Below, in pieces: positions 16,440 to 26,005 of a stretch of 64,000 nucleotides of DNA. How positions within the stretch are numbered: position 1 is the first letter of the stretch; each line of letters begins with the position of its first letter. Origin of the DNA: Chloroflexota bacterium (lineage in GTDB: Bacteria > Chloroflexota > Dehalococcoidia > Lucifugimonadales > Australimonadaceae); contig JAPPHT010000060.1 of assembly GCA_028874795.1 (NCBI GenBank), forward strand, positions 15,498 to 79,497, written 5' to 3'. The translations under genes were made by a program, and so were the position numbers. The notes under the pieces were generated by a model. It worked only from the letters and a program-made list of their open reading frames with translations. It searched no databases and was not told the origin of the DNA.

Positions 16440-17996
16440 ATGTTCGATACGCTCATCGTCAACGGGAAGGTGATCGACGGCGCGGGACGCGCCTGGTTCC
16501 GCGCCGCCGTCGGTATCGAGAGCGATACCGTCACGGTGCTGGAAGGCGACGTGTCGAACGTGGAGGCGGGGCGCACGATAGACGCGTCCGGCATGGCGGT
16601 CTGTCCCGGCTTCATCGACATGCACTCCCACTCGGACTTCGCGCTGCTGACGGCGCCGCGCCACGAGCCGAAGGTGAGCCAGGGCGTGACGACCGAGGCG
16701 CTGGGACAGGACGGCCTCTCCTATGCGCCCATCTCCCCCGTCAACCGGCAGCACCTCGTAGACTACCTCGCCGCCGTGAACGGACGCCCGCCAGAGGGGA
16801 CCGAGTGGACGTCGGTCGCGTCGTTCCTCGACCTGTTCGAAGGGGCGTCTTCGTGCAACGTCGTCTACTTCGTGCCGCACGCGGCGCTCCGCATCGAGGC
16901 GATGGGGTGGGCGAATCGCCTGCCCACGGACCAGGAGCTGGCACGGATGCGGGGGATGGCCGAGCAGGGGATGCGCGACGGAGCCTTCGGCTTCTCGACC
17001 GGCCTCACCTACGTGCCGAACATCTACAGCGACACCCACGAGTTGACCGAGATAGCCCGAGCGGTCGCGCCCTACGGCGGGATCTACGTGACGCACAGCC
17101 GCTATGCGCTCGGCGACGGGCTGCTGGACCCGTTCCGCGAGGCGGTCGCGGTCGGGCGAGAGTCCGGCGCGCCGGTGCAGATATCGCACTACCACAGCCC
17201 CGTCCCCGGCATGGGCGAGCGGATGGTGGGACTCGTTGACGAGTCGCGCTCGGCTGGCGTCGACGTGACGTTCGACCAGTACCCGTACCCCGCGGCGAGC
17301 ACGATCCTGCTGTCGCTGATACCGGCGTGGGTGCACGAGGGCGGGCCGGAGATGCTGCTGCGGCGCATCGCGGACAAGGACGTTCGCGATCAGATAGCGG
17401 ACGGCGTCTACCCGCAATGGGGCGGCTCGCTTGCTGACTACATGTTCGCCCACGTCGGCTCGGAGAAGAACAAAGAGTGGGAGGGGCGCTCGCTGCAGGA
17501 CATGGCGGACGCCCAGGGGAAGCGGATGGTGGACACCATCTGCGACCTGCTCATCGAGGAGCGGCTGGAGGTCGCGTTCGTCGCCCGCACCGGCAACCCG
17601 GACAACGTGCGCACCATCATGGCGCACCCCGCGCAGATGGTGGGCAGCGACGGCCTGATGACCGGCGAGATGCCGAACCCGCGGACCTACGGCACGTTCC
17701 CGTACCTGCTGGGTCAGGCGGTGGAACAGGGAACGCTGCGGCTCGAGGACGCCGTGCACAAGATGACCGGCGCTCCGGCGCGACGGCTAGGGCTGCGCGA
17801 CCGCGGCGTCCTGCGCGTCGGCGCGAAGGCGGACGTGGTGGTTTTCGACCCGGAGCGCGTGCGCGCTCTCGCCACGTTCGAGGAGCCGAAGCAGTTAGCG
17901 GCCGGCATCGAGTACGTGTTCGTCAACGGCACGCTCGTGTGGGAGCAGGGCCGCCACACCGGCGCGCTCCCTGGCCGCGCGTTGCGGAAGTCGTAA
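16440..17996 (+). CDS. D-aminoacylase (N-acyl-D-amino-acid deacylase), amidohydrolase superfamily
   Basis: 518 aa with MFDTLIVNGKVIDGAG...CPGFIDMHSHSD and a C-terminal ADVVVFDPERV...GIEYVFVNG, the characteristic D-aminoacylase architecture. Confidence 0.88.
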   Translation: MFDTLIVNGKVIDGAGRAWFRAAVGIESDTVTVLEGDVSNVEAGRTIDASGMAVCPGFIDMHSHSDFALLTAPRHEPKVSQGVTTEALGQDGLSYAPISPVNRQHLVDYLAAVNGRPPEGTEWTSVASFLDLFEGASSCNVVYFVPHAALRIEAMGWANRLPTDQELARMRGMAEQGMRDGAFGFSTGLTYVPNIYSDTHELTEIARAVAPYGGIYVTHSRYALGDGLLDPFREAVAVGRESGAPVQISHYHSPVPGMGERMVGLVDESRSAGVDVTFDQYPYPAASTILLSLIPAWVHEGGPEMLLRRIADKDVRDQIADGVYPQWGGSLADYMFAHVGSEKNKEWEGRSLQDMADAQGKRMVDTICDLLIEERLEVAFVARTGNPDNVRTIMAHPAQMVGSDGLMTGEMPNPRTYGTFPYLLGQAVEQGTLRLEDAVHKMTGAPARRLGLRDRGVLRVGAKADVVVFDPERVRALATFEEPKQLAAGIEYVFVNGTLVWEQGRHTGALPGRALRKS

Positions 17997-18005
17997 CTTC
18001 CGGGA

Positions 18006-18902
18006 CTACTTCGCCCTCGCGATGATCTGCTCGCCGAAGGCGGGGATCTGCTCGTCGATGATGTCGTTCTGGAACTGCACGTGGAAGGTGTCGACGCCGG
18101 CCTCGCGGCATTGCTCCACGATCTCCAGCACCTGGTCCGCCGTTCCCATGAGCCCGCCGCGGTTGCCGAACACCTGCGCGAGCTTCGTGGCCGGGTCCTC
18201 GTCGCCGACGTAGGCGTTGCAGTTCAGCACGCGGTGGATGGTGCCGGGGTCACGCCCGGCTGCGCCAGCTGCCTCCTCCATTGTGGCGACCTGCTCACGG
18301 TACGCGTCGAAGTCCGGCGGCCATCCGCCGTTGCGTATCCAGCCATCGGCCACCCGTCCAGCGAGCCGGAGCATGCGGGGGCCTCCCGAACCGGTGAAGA
18401 TGGGGATGGTGCCGTTGACCGGCTTGGGCGTGACCGTGGCCTCGGTCACGCTGTAGCGCTTGCCGGTGTAGGTGAACTGCTCGTTCGCCCAGGTGCCGCG
18501 CAGTATCTCGATGGCGTCGGCCAGGCCGTCCACGCGCTCACCGGGCGCGCCGAACTCGAGGCCGTAGGAGGTGAAGTGCGCTTCCTGCCCGCCTGCCCCC
18601 AAAGTGAGGATGAGGCGGTCGCCGCCCGTCATGTGGTCGAGAGCGGTCGCCATCTTGGAGAGCAACGCGGGGTTGCGGAACGGGACGTTGAGCGTGGAAT
18701 GCGTCACGCGGATGCGGCTGGTCTGCATCGCAACTGCTGTCGCCAGCGTCCAGCCCTCGAGGTTGTCCTCGGGCGGCCTGTCGCTGAACGAGATGTTCTG
18801 GAAGCCTGCGGCCTCGGCGGCCTTTGCCACCGCGACGATGCGGTCGTAGGGGAGTCCTCGCGGGTTGAGTCCGAACCTGATGCTGTTGCTGCTGCGCGCC
18901 AT
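18006..18902 (-). CDS. LLM-class (luciferase-like) flavin/F420-dependent oxidoreductase
   Basis: 298 aa with RFGLNP...AEAAGFQNISFSDRP...LILTLGAGG...EFG, typical of luciferase-like monooxygenase TIM barrels. Confidence 0.85.
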   Translation of the reverse strand: MARSSNSIRFGLNPRGLPYDRIVAVAKAAEAAGFQNISFSDRPPEDNLEGWTLATAVAMQTSRIRVTHSTLNVPFRNPALLSKMATALDHMTGGDRLILTLGAGGQEAHFTSYGLEFGAPGERVDGLADAIEILRGTWANEQFTYTGKRYSVTEATVTPKPVNGTIPIFTGSGGPRMLRLAGRVADGWIRNGGWPPDFDAYREQVATMEEAAGAAGRDPGTIHRVLNCNAYVGDEDPATKLAQVFGNRGGLMGTADQVLEIVEQCREAGVDTFHVQFQNDIIDEQIPAFGEQIIARAK

Positions 18903-18991
18903 GCTGATTCCTCAAGAGTGTTGGGCTGTGGCGAGCATACCAGCAGGCGGGGGTCTGTCAACGCGGCGGGCGCAGGCGTTACCATGGAGAC

Positions 18992-19423
18992 ATGATTCCG
19001 GTCACCGACGACATCAGCCTGGCCGAGCACGAGTTGGAGTTCCACTACGTCACGTCCGCGGGGCCCGGCGGACAGAACGTGAACAAGGTTGCCACCGCCG
19101 CGCACCTCCACTTCAACGCCGCGGCATCGCCATCGCTGCCTGAAGACGTGAAGCGACGCCTGCGGAGCGCCGCTGGACGGAGGCTCACTCCAGAGGGCGT
19201 CCTCGTCATCAAGGCGCAGCGCTACCGCAGCCAGGAGCGCAACCGGGACGACGCCGTCGAGCGGCTACTGAGCATCCTGCGCACCGCCGCCGTTCCACCG
19301 CGCCAGCGCCGGACCACGCGGCCGTCCCAGGCATCTGTCGAGCAGCGGCTGGCGGAGAAGCGCCGCCGCGGCACCCGGAAGCAGTCGCGCTCGTCCCTCG
19401 ACGGCATCGACGAGGAGGAGTAG
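18992..19423 (+). CDS. arfB: Alternative ribosome-rescue factor ArfB (peptidyl-tRNA hydrolase, GGQ motif)
   Basis: 143 aa with SAGPGGQNVNKVATA and a basic C-terminal tail (RRTTRPSQASVEQRLAEKRRRGTRKQSR). Confidence 0.9.
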   Translation: MIPVTDDISLAEHELEFHYVTSAGPGGQNVNKVATAAHLHFNAAASPSLPEDVKRRLRSAAGRRLTPEGVLVIKAQRYRSQERNRDDAVERLLSILRTAAVPPRQRRTTRPSQASVEQRLAEKRRRGTRKQSRSSLDGIDEEE

Positions 19424-19427
19424 CCCA

Positions 19428-20606
19428 ATGCCGAGACTCGAAGACCTGCCCGATCTGACCCGGCAGGGGATGCTCAACTTCCCCGCCTTCGATCACGACG
19501 ATGCGCCTTGTGCGCGGATGACCAGACCGCTGGCCGAGGCGAAGATCGCCCTCGTCACGACGGCCGGCCTGCACCTGCGCGACGACACGCCGTTCTCGGG
19601 CGGGGACCAGACGTACCGCGTCATCCCGTCGTCCACGCCCGCCTCGGGGATCATCCAGAGCCATATGAGCATCGGGTTCGACCGCACCGGCATCATGCGG
19701 GACGTGAACGTCACGTTCCCCATCGACCGGCTGAGTGAGATGGCGGAGCGCGGGGAGATAGGCTCGGTCACCGGGAACTACTACTCGTTCATGGGGGCGC
19801 AGCGCAGCCCGCGACGGATCGAGGAAGAGACGGGGCCGGAGGTCGGCCGGCTGCTGCTGGAGGAGGGCGCCGACGCCGCCTTTCTGACGCCGACCTGACC
19901 GAACTGCACGCACACGGTCAGTGTGCTCGCTCGGGCCATCGAAGAGGCGGGGTTGCCCACCGTCACGGTGGCGCTCATCAAGGAGCACGCCCAGCGGGTG
20001 AAGCCGCCACGCACGCTGTGGGTGCCGTTCCCGTTCGGGTTCGCGCTCGGCAACCCGGACGACCCGCCGTTCCAGCAGAAGGTGCTCTCCGCTGCGCTGG
20101 GCCTGCTGTCGGAGAACGACGTGCCCGTGCTCGCCGAGTTCCCGGAGGACGCCGACGCTCCGCCGGTGCTGCTGCAGGCGAGCGCCGCGCAGGCGGAGGC
20201 GGCGAACCGCGACGGCGACCCCGCCGACGAGGTGACGGCGCTGCGCGGCTACTACGAGCGGTGGGTGGACGAACACGAGGGCAGGACGATGGTGGGGCTG
20301 AGCGGGGTGCCGCAGAGGCAGTTCCGGGGCCTCGTGCGCTACCTGCAGGCATTCGCCGGTGGAGAGGACGCGGCATACGACCGTGCGCCGGAGGGGGTGG
20401 AGCCTGTCCGGTTCCTGCGGCTCGCGACGGACGACCTCAAGGCGTTCTTCATGGAGGCGCGCTTCTCCCAGCGACCGAGGGACCGGGACGAGGAGCTGCA
20501 GCGGTGGTTCTGGTCCGAGACGGCGATGGGGAACCTCATCGCGGCTGTGGCGTCGCGCCTCACGGAGCAGGGCGAGGCGCAGACTGCGAACGGCATCGCG
20601 CGGTAG
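19428..20606 (+). CDS. Glycine/sarcosine/betaine/D-proline reductase selenoprotein B family protein (GrdB/PrdB-like), with UGA-encoded selenocysteine at 19896..19898
   Basis: ORFs 19428..19898 and 19923..20606 are in the same frame and are separated only by one TGA. The junction reads FLTPT-U-PNCTHTVSVLARAIEEAGLPTV (a U-x-x-C motif as recalled for GrdB). The N-terminal part has DVNVTFPIDRLSEMAERGEIGSV..YYSFMG, typical of the family. Confidence 0.8.
19899..19930 (+). promoter_or_regulatory. SECIS-like recoding hairpin
   Basis: gcacac (19910..19915) / gtgtgc (19921..19926) forms a perfect 6-bp stem with loop ggtca. The stem starts 12 nt after the UGA, and the loop contains GGUC as in the E. 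coli fdhF SECIS apical loop. Confidence 0.6.
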
Positions 20607-20612
20607 GAGTGC

Positions 20613-20909
20613 TCAGGCCGGACGTGTGCGCTCCTTGACGAGTTCGACGCGAAGCTGGAGGCCGAGAGCCCTGGCGATGTCGTAGACCGTTTCCAGCCGT
20701 GGACTGTGCTCGCCGGACTCCAGACGGCTGACCACCGTCTTTGTTACGCCGATGCGCTCGGCCAGCTCCCGCTGGCTGAGGTGGTTCTCCTTCCTGGCTT
20801 TCACGATTGCGTCGATTAACTCGAACCGGGGGCCGAGCCGGTCATACTCACGCTGAAGCTCAGGGTCTTCCGAGCGGAGTTGTTCAAACAGTTCTTTCGC
20901 GTTACGCAT
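20613..20909 (-). CDS. XRE-family helix-turn-helix transcriptional regulator (HigA/antitoxin-like)
   Basis: 98 aa from the internal ATG (MRNAKELF). LSQRELAERIGVTKTVVSRLESGEHSPRLETVYDIARALG is a classic XRE HTH. No adjacent toxin ORF was seen. Confidence 0.8.
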   Translation of the reverse strand: MRNAKELFEQLRSEDPELQREYDRLGPRFELIDAIVKARKENHLSQRELAERIGVTKTVVSRLESGEHSPRLETVYDIARALGLQLRVELVKERTRPA

Positions 20910-21004
20910 GATGTCTACTCTCTGAGTTGGAGGAGCCTCCTCCTGGCGCGGTCGACGCTTTGCTGCGCCGACCGATAACATTAATGTGGTCAGACTGCAA
21001 GTTT

Positions 21005-22294
21005 CTAGCTTGCCCGCGCGGCGCGGGCGCGGGCGGGGAGCGGAGGACGGCGGGCCAGGAAGAACGTCAGCGAGCCGACTATGGTGACCGTACCGAGCGA
21101 GAGGAACGCGAACGTGTAGTCCCCCTGGGCGTTGTACATCCAGCCCGCGTAGATCGGCCCGATGATGCTGCCGGTCGCCGTGATGATGTTCGACCACCCC
21201 GCGATCTTGCCGAGCTGCCGCAGGCCGAAGTAGTCCGCGCGCAGCGCCATCATCAGCGGGCCGCGCATACCCCACGCCACGCCATGCAGCGCTATCGCGA
21301 GGACCACCGCGGGGACGCTCGTGGACAGCGCGAGGATGCCGATGCCCATGCCGTGGCCGAGCATCGCCGCGCCCGCGAGCATGCTCTTGGAGTACCGGTC
21401 GCCCATGAAACCGCCGCTGACCTGCCCGACGATCTGCGCCACCATCAGCCCCGGGAAGACGAACGCGGCGTGCACGAGGTCCCAGTCGTTGTCCTTGAGG
21501 TGCCCGGGCAGGTGCAGAGGGACGGTGGCGACCACCAGCAGCGCGAGGCCGTGGCCGCTGGAGACGAGCCAGAAGGAGCGGTCGCGGATCGCCTCACGGA
21601 CCGTGAAGTCGTAGTCCGTCCCGGCGGCGCGGCGGGCCGCCGCGTGGCGGGCTGCGTCCTCGTCGTTGTCGCCGTCCGGGTTCAGCCCGAGCTCGCGGGG
21701 GCTGCGCCGGAAGAGCTGCGCGATAGGGAAGCCGATGCAGAACGAGAGGATGCCGGAGAAGATGGCGGTCTCCCGCCATCCGAAGGTGGTGATGGACCAG
21801 GCTATGACCGGGGCGACGACCGCGCCGCTTGCGAAGCCGATGGACGTGACGGACATGGCACGGGCCCGCTTGCGCACGAACCAGTGCGCGATGGCGGTGT
21901 TGATGGTGAGGAAGCTGGCGAAGCTCGTGCCGATCGCGATGACGGTCAGCGCGGCGAAGAGGTGCCAGAGCTCCTGGATGAGCCCGAGCAGGATGAAGCC
22001 GGAGCCGAACAGGAACGTCCCGAGGTACATGGGCAGCCGCGGGCCGAACCGGTCCAGCATCCAGCCCTGGACGGGCCCGAGGAGGCCGGTCTCGATGCGG
22101 AGCAGGCCGAACGCCCCCGACACGGCGCCCCGGCTCCAGCCGAAGGCTGCCTCGAACTGCAGGAGGTAGAAGCCCTGCGAGAGGAAGAGCAGGGACGACT
22201 GCATGATCTGGTTGCAGAACGCCGCCGCGACCATGCGCCAGCCGTAGAAGACACGGTGGCGCATAGCGAGGATGCTTCGGACGGATGCGGCCAT
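21005..22294 (-). CDS. MFS transporter
   Basis: 429 aa with about 12 hydrophobic segments and an MFS-type loop motif (MLDRFGPRL). Confidence 0.85.
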   Translation of the reverse strand: MAASVRSILAMRHRVFYGWRMVAAAFCNQIMQSSLLFLSQGFYLLQFEAAFGWSRGAVSGAFGLLRIETGLLGPVQGWMLDRFGPRLPMYLGTFLFGSGFILLGLIQELWHLFAALTVIAIGTSFASFLTINTAIAHWFVRKRARAMSVTSIGFASGAVVAPVIAWSITTFGWRETAIFSGILSFCIGFPIAQLFRRSPRELGLNPDGDNDEDAARHAAARRAAGTDYDFTVREAIRDRSFWLVSSGHGLALLVVATVPLHLPGHLKDNDWDLVHAAFVFPGLMVAQIVGQVSGGFMGDRYSKSMLAGAAMLGHGMGIGILALSTSVPAVVLAIALHGVAWGMRGPLMMALRADYFGLRQLGKIAGWSNIITATGSIIGPIYAGWMYNAQGDYTFAFLSLGTVTIVGSLTFFLARRPPLPARARAARAS

Positions 22295-22307
22295 TCGGAC
22301 GTGCCGC

Positions 22308-22844
22308 TCAGTCGTACCACTGGCCGGTGATGGTGCGCACCTCGGGGTAGGAGGGGTCGTCTATCGTGGTCTTGAAGGGCGGGAAGAGGAGGTCTATGAG
22401 CAGGCCGGGACCTCCCGCGGGCCCTCTGGCGTTCCGCGCCTGGTGCTGCAGCGCGTCGATCTGCTCCTGGAGCGTCTCGGCGATGCGGAGCAGGGACTCG
22501 ACCTCAGCCGAGCCGGTCTTCAACTGCGAGCGCAGCAGCGCGACGCCGTCCGCTACCTCCCGGGCCTTGCTCGCCTGCACCTCGGCTGCGCCGCCGTGCC
22601 ACTCGCCGGGAGGGTGCCACGTGATGAACGGCGTCATGTCGCCGCCCCAGCGGAAGGAGAGCTCGCCCGTCTCGTGGCTGTGCCGCACGCCGGGCTCACC
22701 CGGTATCTGGAGGAGCGCGGTGACGAGCACCTGGTCCGTCTCCAGCACGGTGTAGACGCGCCGCCGCGGGCGTCCGTGGACCTCGATGCCGCGCCAGCCC
22801 TTCTGGTCGTCGGGCAACTGGAACGGGTTGATCTCGATGGCCAT
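22308..22844 (-). CDS. Cupin domain protein with C-terminal coiled-coil-like region
   Basis: Start at MAIEINPF. PGVRHSHETGELSF fits cupin motif 1 (HxH...E). It lies 13 nt upstream of the MFS gene on the same strand. Confidence 0.55.
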   Translation of the reverse strand: MAIEINPFQLPDDQKGWRGIEVHGRPRRRVYTVLETDQVLVTALLQIPGEPGVRHSHETGELSFRWGGDMTPFITWHPPGEWHGGAAEVQASKAREVADGVALLRSQLKTGSAEVESLLRIAETLQEQIDALQHQARNARGPAGGPGLLIDLLFPPFKTTIDDPSYPEVRTITGQWYD

Positions 22845-22997
22845 CGCTCTCCTCCGTTCGCCAACCATCGCGGGATGGGGGTTGCCACGTTCACTCGCGG
22901 CGCGCTCCACTATACTGCATACGCTCCCGGGCCTGGATGCCGGTCCGGCCTGCCCGCCGAACGCTGACGCGGCGGGGCATCGAGAAGGAGATATACC

Positions 22998-24857
22998 GTG
23001 GCACTGCTCATCCTGTTACTGGCGCTGGTCCTCGCGCTCCTGCAGAGCAACTGCGAGAGAAGCGCCCCGGCGCCGTCCCAGACTCCCACTCCCGTCCCCG
23101 TGGCCACGCCCACGCCTGAGCCGCCACCTGCGCCGGACCCCGAGACGCAGGAGGAGATCGTCGCGCGGCTGCGCGGCAACGCCGACAGCTTCGAGTACGC
23201 GGTCGGCACGCACGGCGGGACGATTACCTACTCGACCATCAGCGAGCCGCTGACGTTCAACCTGCCGCTCGCGAACGACTCCGGTTCGTCCGGCTACCTG
23301 AGCTACGTGTTCGAGGGGCTGACCGAGACCTCGTGGCTGGACGATAGCATCGAGCCGTTGCTCGCGGAGTCGTGGGAGCACTCGGACGATGGGCTGGAGT
23401 GGACGTTCCACCTGCGGCGGGACGTCACCTGGCACGACGGCGAGCCGTTCACCGCGCACGACGTGGAGTTCACGTTCAACCGCGTCGTCTACAACGAGGA
23501 CATCCCCACCAACGACCGCGAGGGGTTCATCTTCGTCTACACCGACGAGGCGACCGGCGAGCAGGTGGACGGCCGGATGACCGTGACCGCGCTGGACGAC
23601 TACACGGTGCGGTTCGTGCTGCCGGTCTCGTACGCGCCGTTCCTCCGCTCCATGGGCTACCCCATCTACCCGAAGCACATCCTCGATCCCTACGTCGAGG
23701 CCGGCACGTTCACGGAGTTGTGGGACGTCGAGACCGACCCTGCGGAGGTCATCGGCACCGGGCCGTTCACCATCACGAGCTACACGCCGGGAGAGCGGCT
23801 CACGCTGGGGCGCAACCCGGACTACTGGATGCGGGACAAGGCGGGGCACATCCTCCCGTACATCGACGAGATCGTCTACCTCATCGTCGAAACGCTGGAG
23901 GAGGAGTTGACGCTCTTCCAGGCTGGCGAGACGGACGCACACGGCGTGCTCGGCGATGAGCACCCCGTGCTGGAGCCGCTGCAGGGGGAGGGCAACTTCA
24001 CGATCCACCGGCGCGGTCCCGGCTTCGGAACGACGTTCCTCACGTTCAACGTACACCCGGGCATGAACCCGGACGGGACGCTGTACATGCGACCCGAGGC
24101 GCGCGCGTGGTTCGAAACACTGGAGTTCCGGCAGGCGGTGGCGCACAGCGTGGACAAGGACCGCGTCGTCGAGGAGGCGCTCGGCGGACTCGGCTACCCG
24201 CAGTGGTCGTCCATCAGCCCCGCCACGGGCGACTTTCACAATCCCGGCGTCCGGCGGTACGAGCACGACGTCGACGCCGCGAACGCGCTGCTCGACGGCC
24301 TGGGCTGGACCGACACGGACGGCGACGGCGTCCGGGAGGACGGTGCGGGCAACCCCATCGCGTTCACGCTCGTCACGAACCAGGGCAACTCGGTGCGCGA
24401 GGAGGCGACGCGCATCATCGCGGAAGGGATGGAGAGCATCGGCCTCGGCGTGGACCTCCAGGTCATCGACTTCGGGGTCATCGTGGAGCAGCTGACCGCG
24501 ACCTACGACTGGGAGGCGGTCGTCATCGGCTTCGGCGGGGGGCCGGACCCGTACGGCGCGAGCTCTTTCTGGCGCAGCGACGGGGACTTCCACCTGTGGT
24601 ACCCGAACCAGCCGGAGCCCGCGACGGCGTGGGAGGCGGAGATTGACGAGTTGTACAACGCTGCTGGCCAGGAGCTGGACCACCAGGAGCGGGTGCGGAT
24701 GTACCACCGCGTGCAGGAGATAGCGGCGGAGCAGACGCCCGTCGTCTACACGGGGCTGTCGGAGCGGCTGACCGCAGTGCGCAACGTGTTCGGCAACGTC
24801 ACGCCCACGCTCTACGGCCTGTGGGACGACCGGTACGTGTACCGCACGGACCAGTAG
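22998..24857 (+). CDS. ABC transporter substrate-binding protein, family 5 (peptide/nickel/opine type), lipid-anchored
   Basis: 619 aa with a GTG start after gaaggag. It has an N-terminal hydrophobic segment and Cys, a Pro/Thr linker, then a DppA/OppA-like body (LTFNLPLANDSGS..., RNPDYW, VTNQGNSVREE). No permease or ATPase genes are adjacent. Confidence 0.85.
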   Translation: MALLILLLALVLALLQSNCERSAPAPSQTPTPVPVATPTPEPPPAPDPETQEEIVARLRGNADSFEYAVGTHGGTITYSTISEPLTFNLPLANDSGSSGYLSYVFEGLTETSWLDDSIEPLLAESWEHSDDGLEWTFHLRRDVTWHDGEPFTAHDVEFTFNRVVYNEDIPTNDREGFIFVYTDEATGEQVDGRMTVTALDDYTVRFVLPVSYAPFLRSMGYPIYPKHILDPYVEAGTFTELWDVETDPAEVIGTGPFTITSYTPGERLTLGRNPDYWMRDKAGHILPYIDEIVYLIVETLEEELTLFQAGETDAHGVLGDEHPVLEPLQGEGNFTIHRRGPGFGTTFLTFNVHPGMNPDGTLYMRPEARAWFETLEFRQAVAHSVDKDRVVEEALGGLGYPQWSSISPATGDFHNPGVRRYEHDVDAANALLDGLGWTDTDGDGVREDGAGNPIAFTLVTNQGNSVREEATRIIAEGMESIGLGVDLQVIDFGVIVEQLTATYDWEAVVIGFGGGPDPYGASSFWRSDGDFHLWYPNQPEPATAWEAEIDELYNAAGQELDHQERVRMYHRVQEIAAEQTPVVYTGLSERLTAVRNVFGNVTPTLYGLWDDRYVYRTDQ

Positions 24858-24862
24858 GGGGG

Positions 24863-24944
24863 CACCCTCACCCGCCGCACAAGCGCGTCGACCTCTCCCG
24901 GAGGGCGAGGTGGGATGCGGGGTTCCTGCCTTCGCAGGAACGAC
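24863..24944. repeat. Hairpin-module cluster (F1-F2)
   Basis: caccctcacccgccgcacaagcgcgtcgacctctcccggagggcgaggtggg followed by gttcctgccttcgcaggaacgac. Confidence 0.85.
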
Positions 24945-24951
24945 GGCCAAA

Positions 24952-25338
24952 CTACGCATCGTCAAAGAAGGCGAGGCGTTCGGAGGGGAGGATGCGGGCC
25001 TCTGCAAGCGGCTGGCGCGCTGGACAGCGGCAGGCCCTGTCCCGGACGAAGCGCACTTCGGCAAAGCCGTGGACGATGGCGGTCATGACGCGGGCGGGGT
25101 CGGGGACACGGCCAGTCCTGGCGCACTGCCGCAGGTAGGGGTCCACGGAGGCGATGGTGAGGATCGGAACATCCTCCGCCGCAGCTGCCTCGACGAGATC
25201 CAGTGTGTCGGGCAAGGGGTTGCCGCTCTCCATGGCGTCGGACCAGCGGTCGATGTAGTCCTCCACGATGGGAAAGAGGGTTACCTGGGCGAGTTGACAG
25301 ACGAGGTAGCGTTCCAGTGCGTCTATGCCACCGGGCAT
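24952..25338 (-). CDS. Hypothetical protein
   Basis: 128 aa ORF located 10 nt downstream of the HTH gene on the same strand, with no recognisable domain. Its 3' end runs into a repeat cluster, so the true stop or length is uncertain. Confidence 0.4.
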   Translation of the reverse strand: MPGGIDALERYLVCQLAQVTLFPIVEDYIDRWSDAMESGNPLPDTLDLVEAAAAEDVPILTIASVDPYLRQCARTGRVPDPARVMTAIVHGFAEVRFVRDRACRCPARQPLAEARILPSERLAFFDDA

Positions 25339-25348
25339 GGGGTCCTCC

Positions 25349-25855
25349 TTATTTCACGTTCTTGAGCAGGGTGAGAGCCTTCTGGAGCTGGTTGAGGCGA
25401 CGGCTGTTCCTTGCGGCCTCCCCAAGCTTGATCTCGGCGTCAATGGCAATGCGTACGGCCTGCGTCCTGACGCGGGGGTTGGGGTCTTCCAGCAGGTTGG
25501 CGAGAATGGCCGTGCTCTTGAGGGCAAGGCCGTTGAGTTCGACATGGGCGAGGCTGGCGGCGTCCTCGCGCAGCCTTCGGAGCTCGTCACGGAAGACAGA
25601 GTCCTGCCGCCAGCGGGTGAGCGTGGAGATGCTGATCTGCGCCATCCTCGCGCCCTCTTCGTTCGTAGCCGCAGCAGCAAGGTAAGGGAGGGCAGTGACC
25701 TGCCTGTCAGAAAGTTCGGGCGGGAAATTCTGCTCTTTTCTGCTCACAGGGCTGTTTTCCACTCGTAAAGCCGGCGTTTCGGGTGGGCAGTCCGGCTGCT
25801 CATTTCTGCTCATTCGCTGTTCTTTTCTCATCAGTTTCTGCTTTTTCCCGCTCAT
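25349..25855 (-). CDS. Helix-turn-helix protein (phage/mobile-element-like regulator or small-terminase-like)
   Basis: 168 aa with a Lys/Gln/Arg-rich N-terminus, an HTH-like segment GARMAQISISTLTRWRQDSVFRDEL, and a helical C-terminus (LEDPNPRVRTQAVRIAID). Confidence 0.5.
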   Translation of the reverse strand: MSGKKQKLMRKEQRMSRNEQPDCPPETPALRVENSPVSRKEQNFPPELSDRQVTALPYLAAAATNEEGARMAQISISTLTRWRQDSVFRDELRRLREDAASLAHVELNGLALKSTAILANLLEDPNPRVRTQAVRIAIDAEIKLGEAARNSRRLNQLQKALTLLKNVK

Positions 25856-26005
25856 CTCTTACCAACTCCTTCCGTCCGTGCGCGGCGGGGTCCTGCAGGC
25901 GCGCATACACAGGGTAGGGAGAGCGATATCGTTGGCACAATGGGCAGGTGTCACAAATGTGACAGAGGGAAGGGCAGGGTGGAGCACACACGCCCGCCGC
26001 CCTGC

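Noticed and set aside
20927-22330. 467-aa ORF on the plus strand
   Set aside because: It is antisense to the MFS transporter (21005..22294). Its highly charged Arg/Glu/Asp/Gly translation is inconsistent with a real protein.
23016-25064. 682-aa ORF on the minus strand
   Set aside because: It is antisense to the family-5 substrate-binding protein gene and runs through a hairpin-repeat cluster. Its composition is Arg/Val/Asp-biased.
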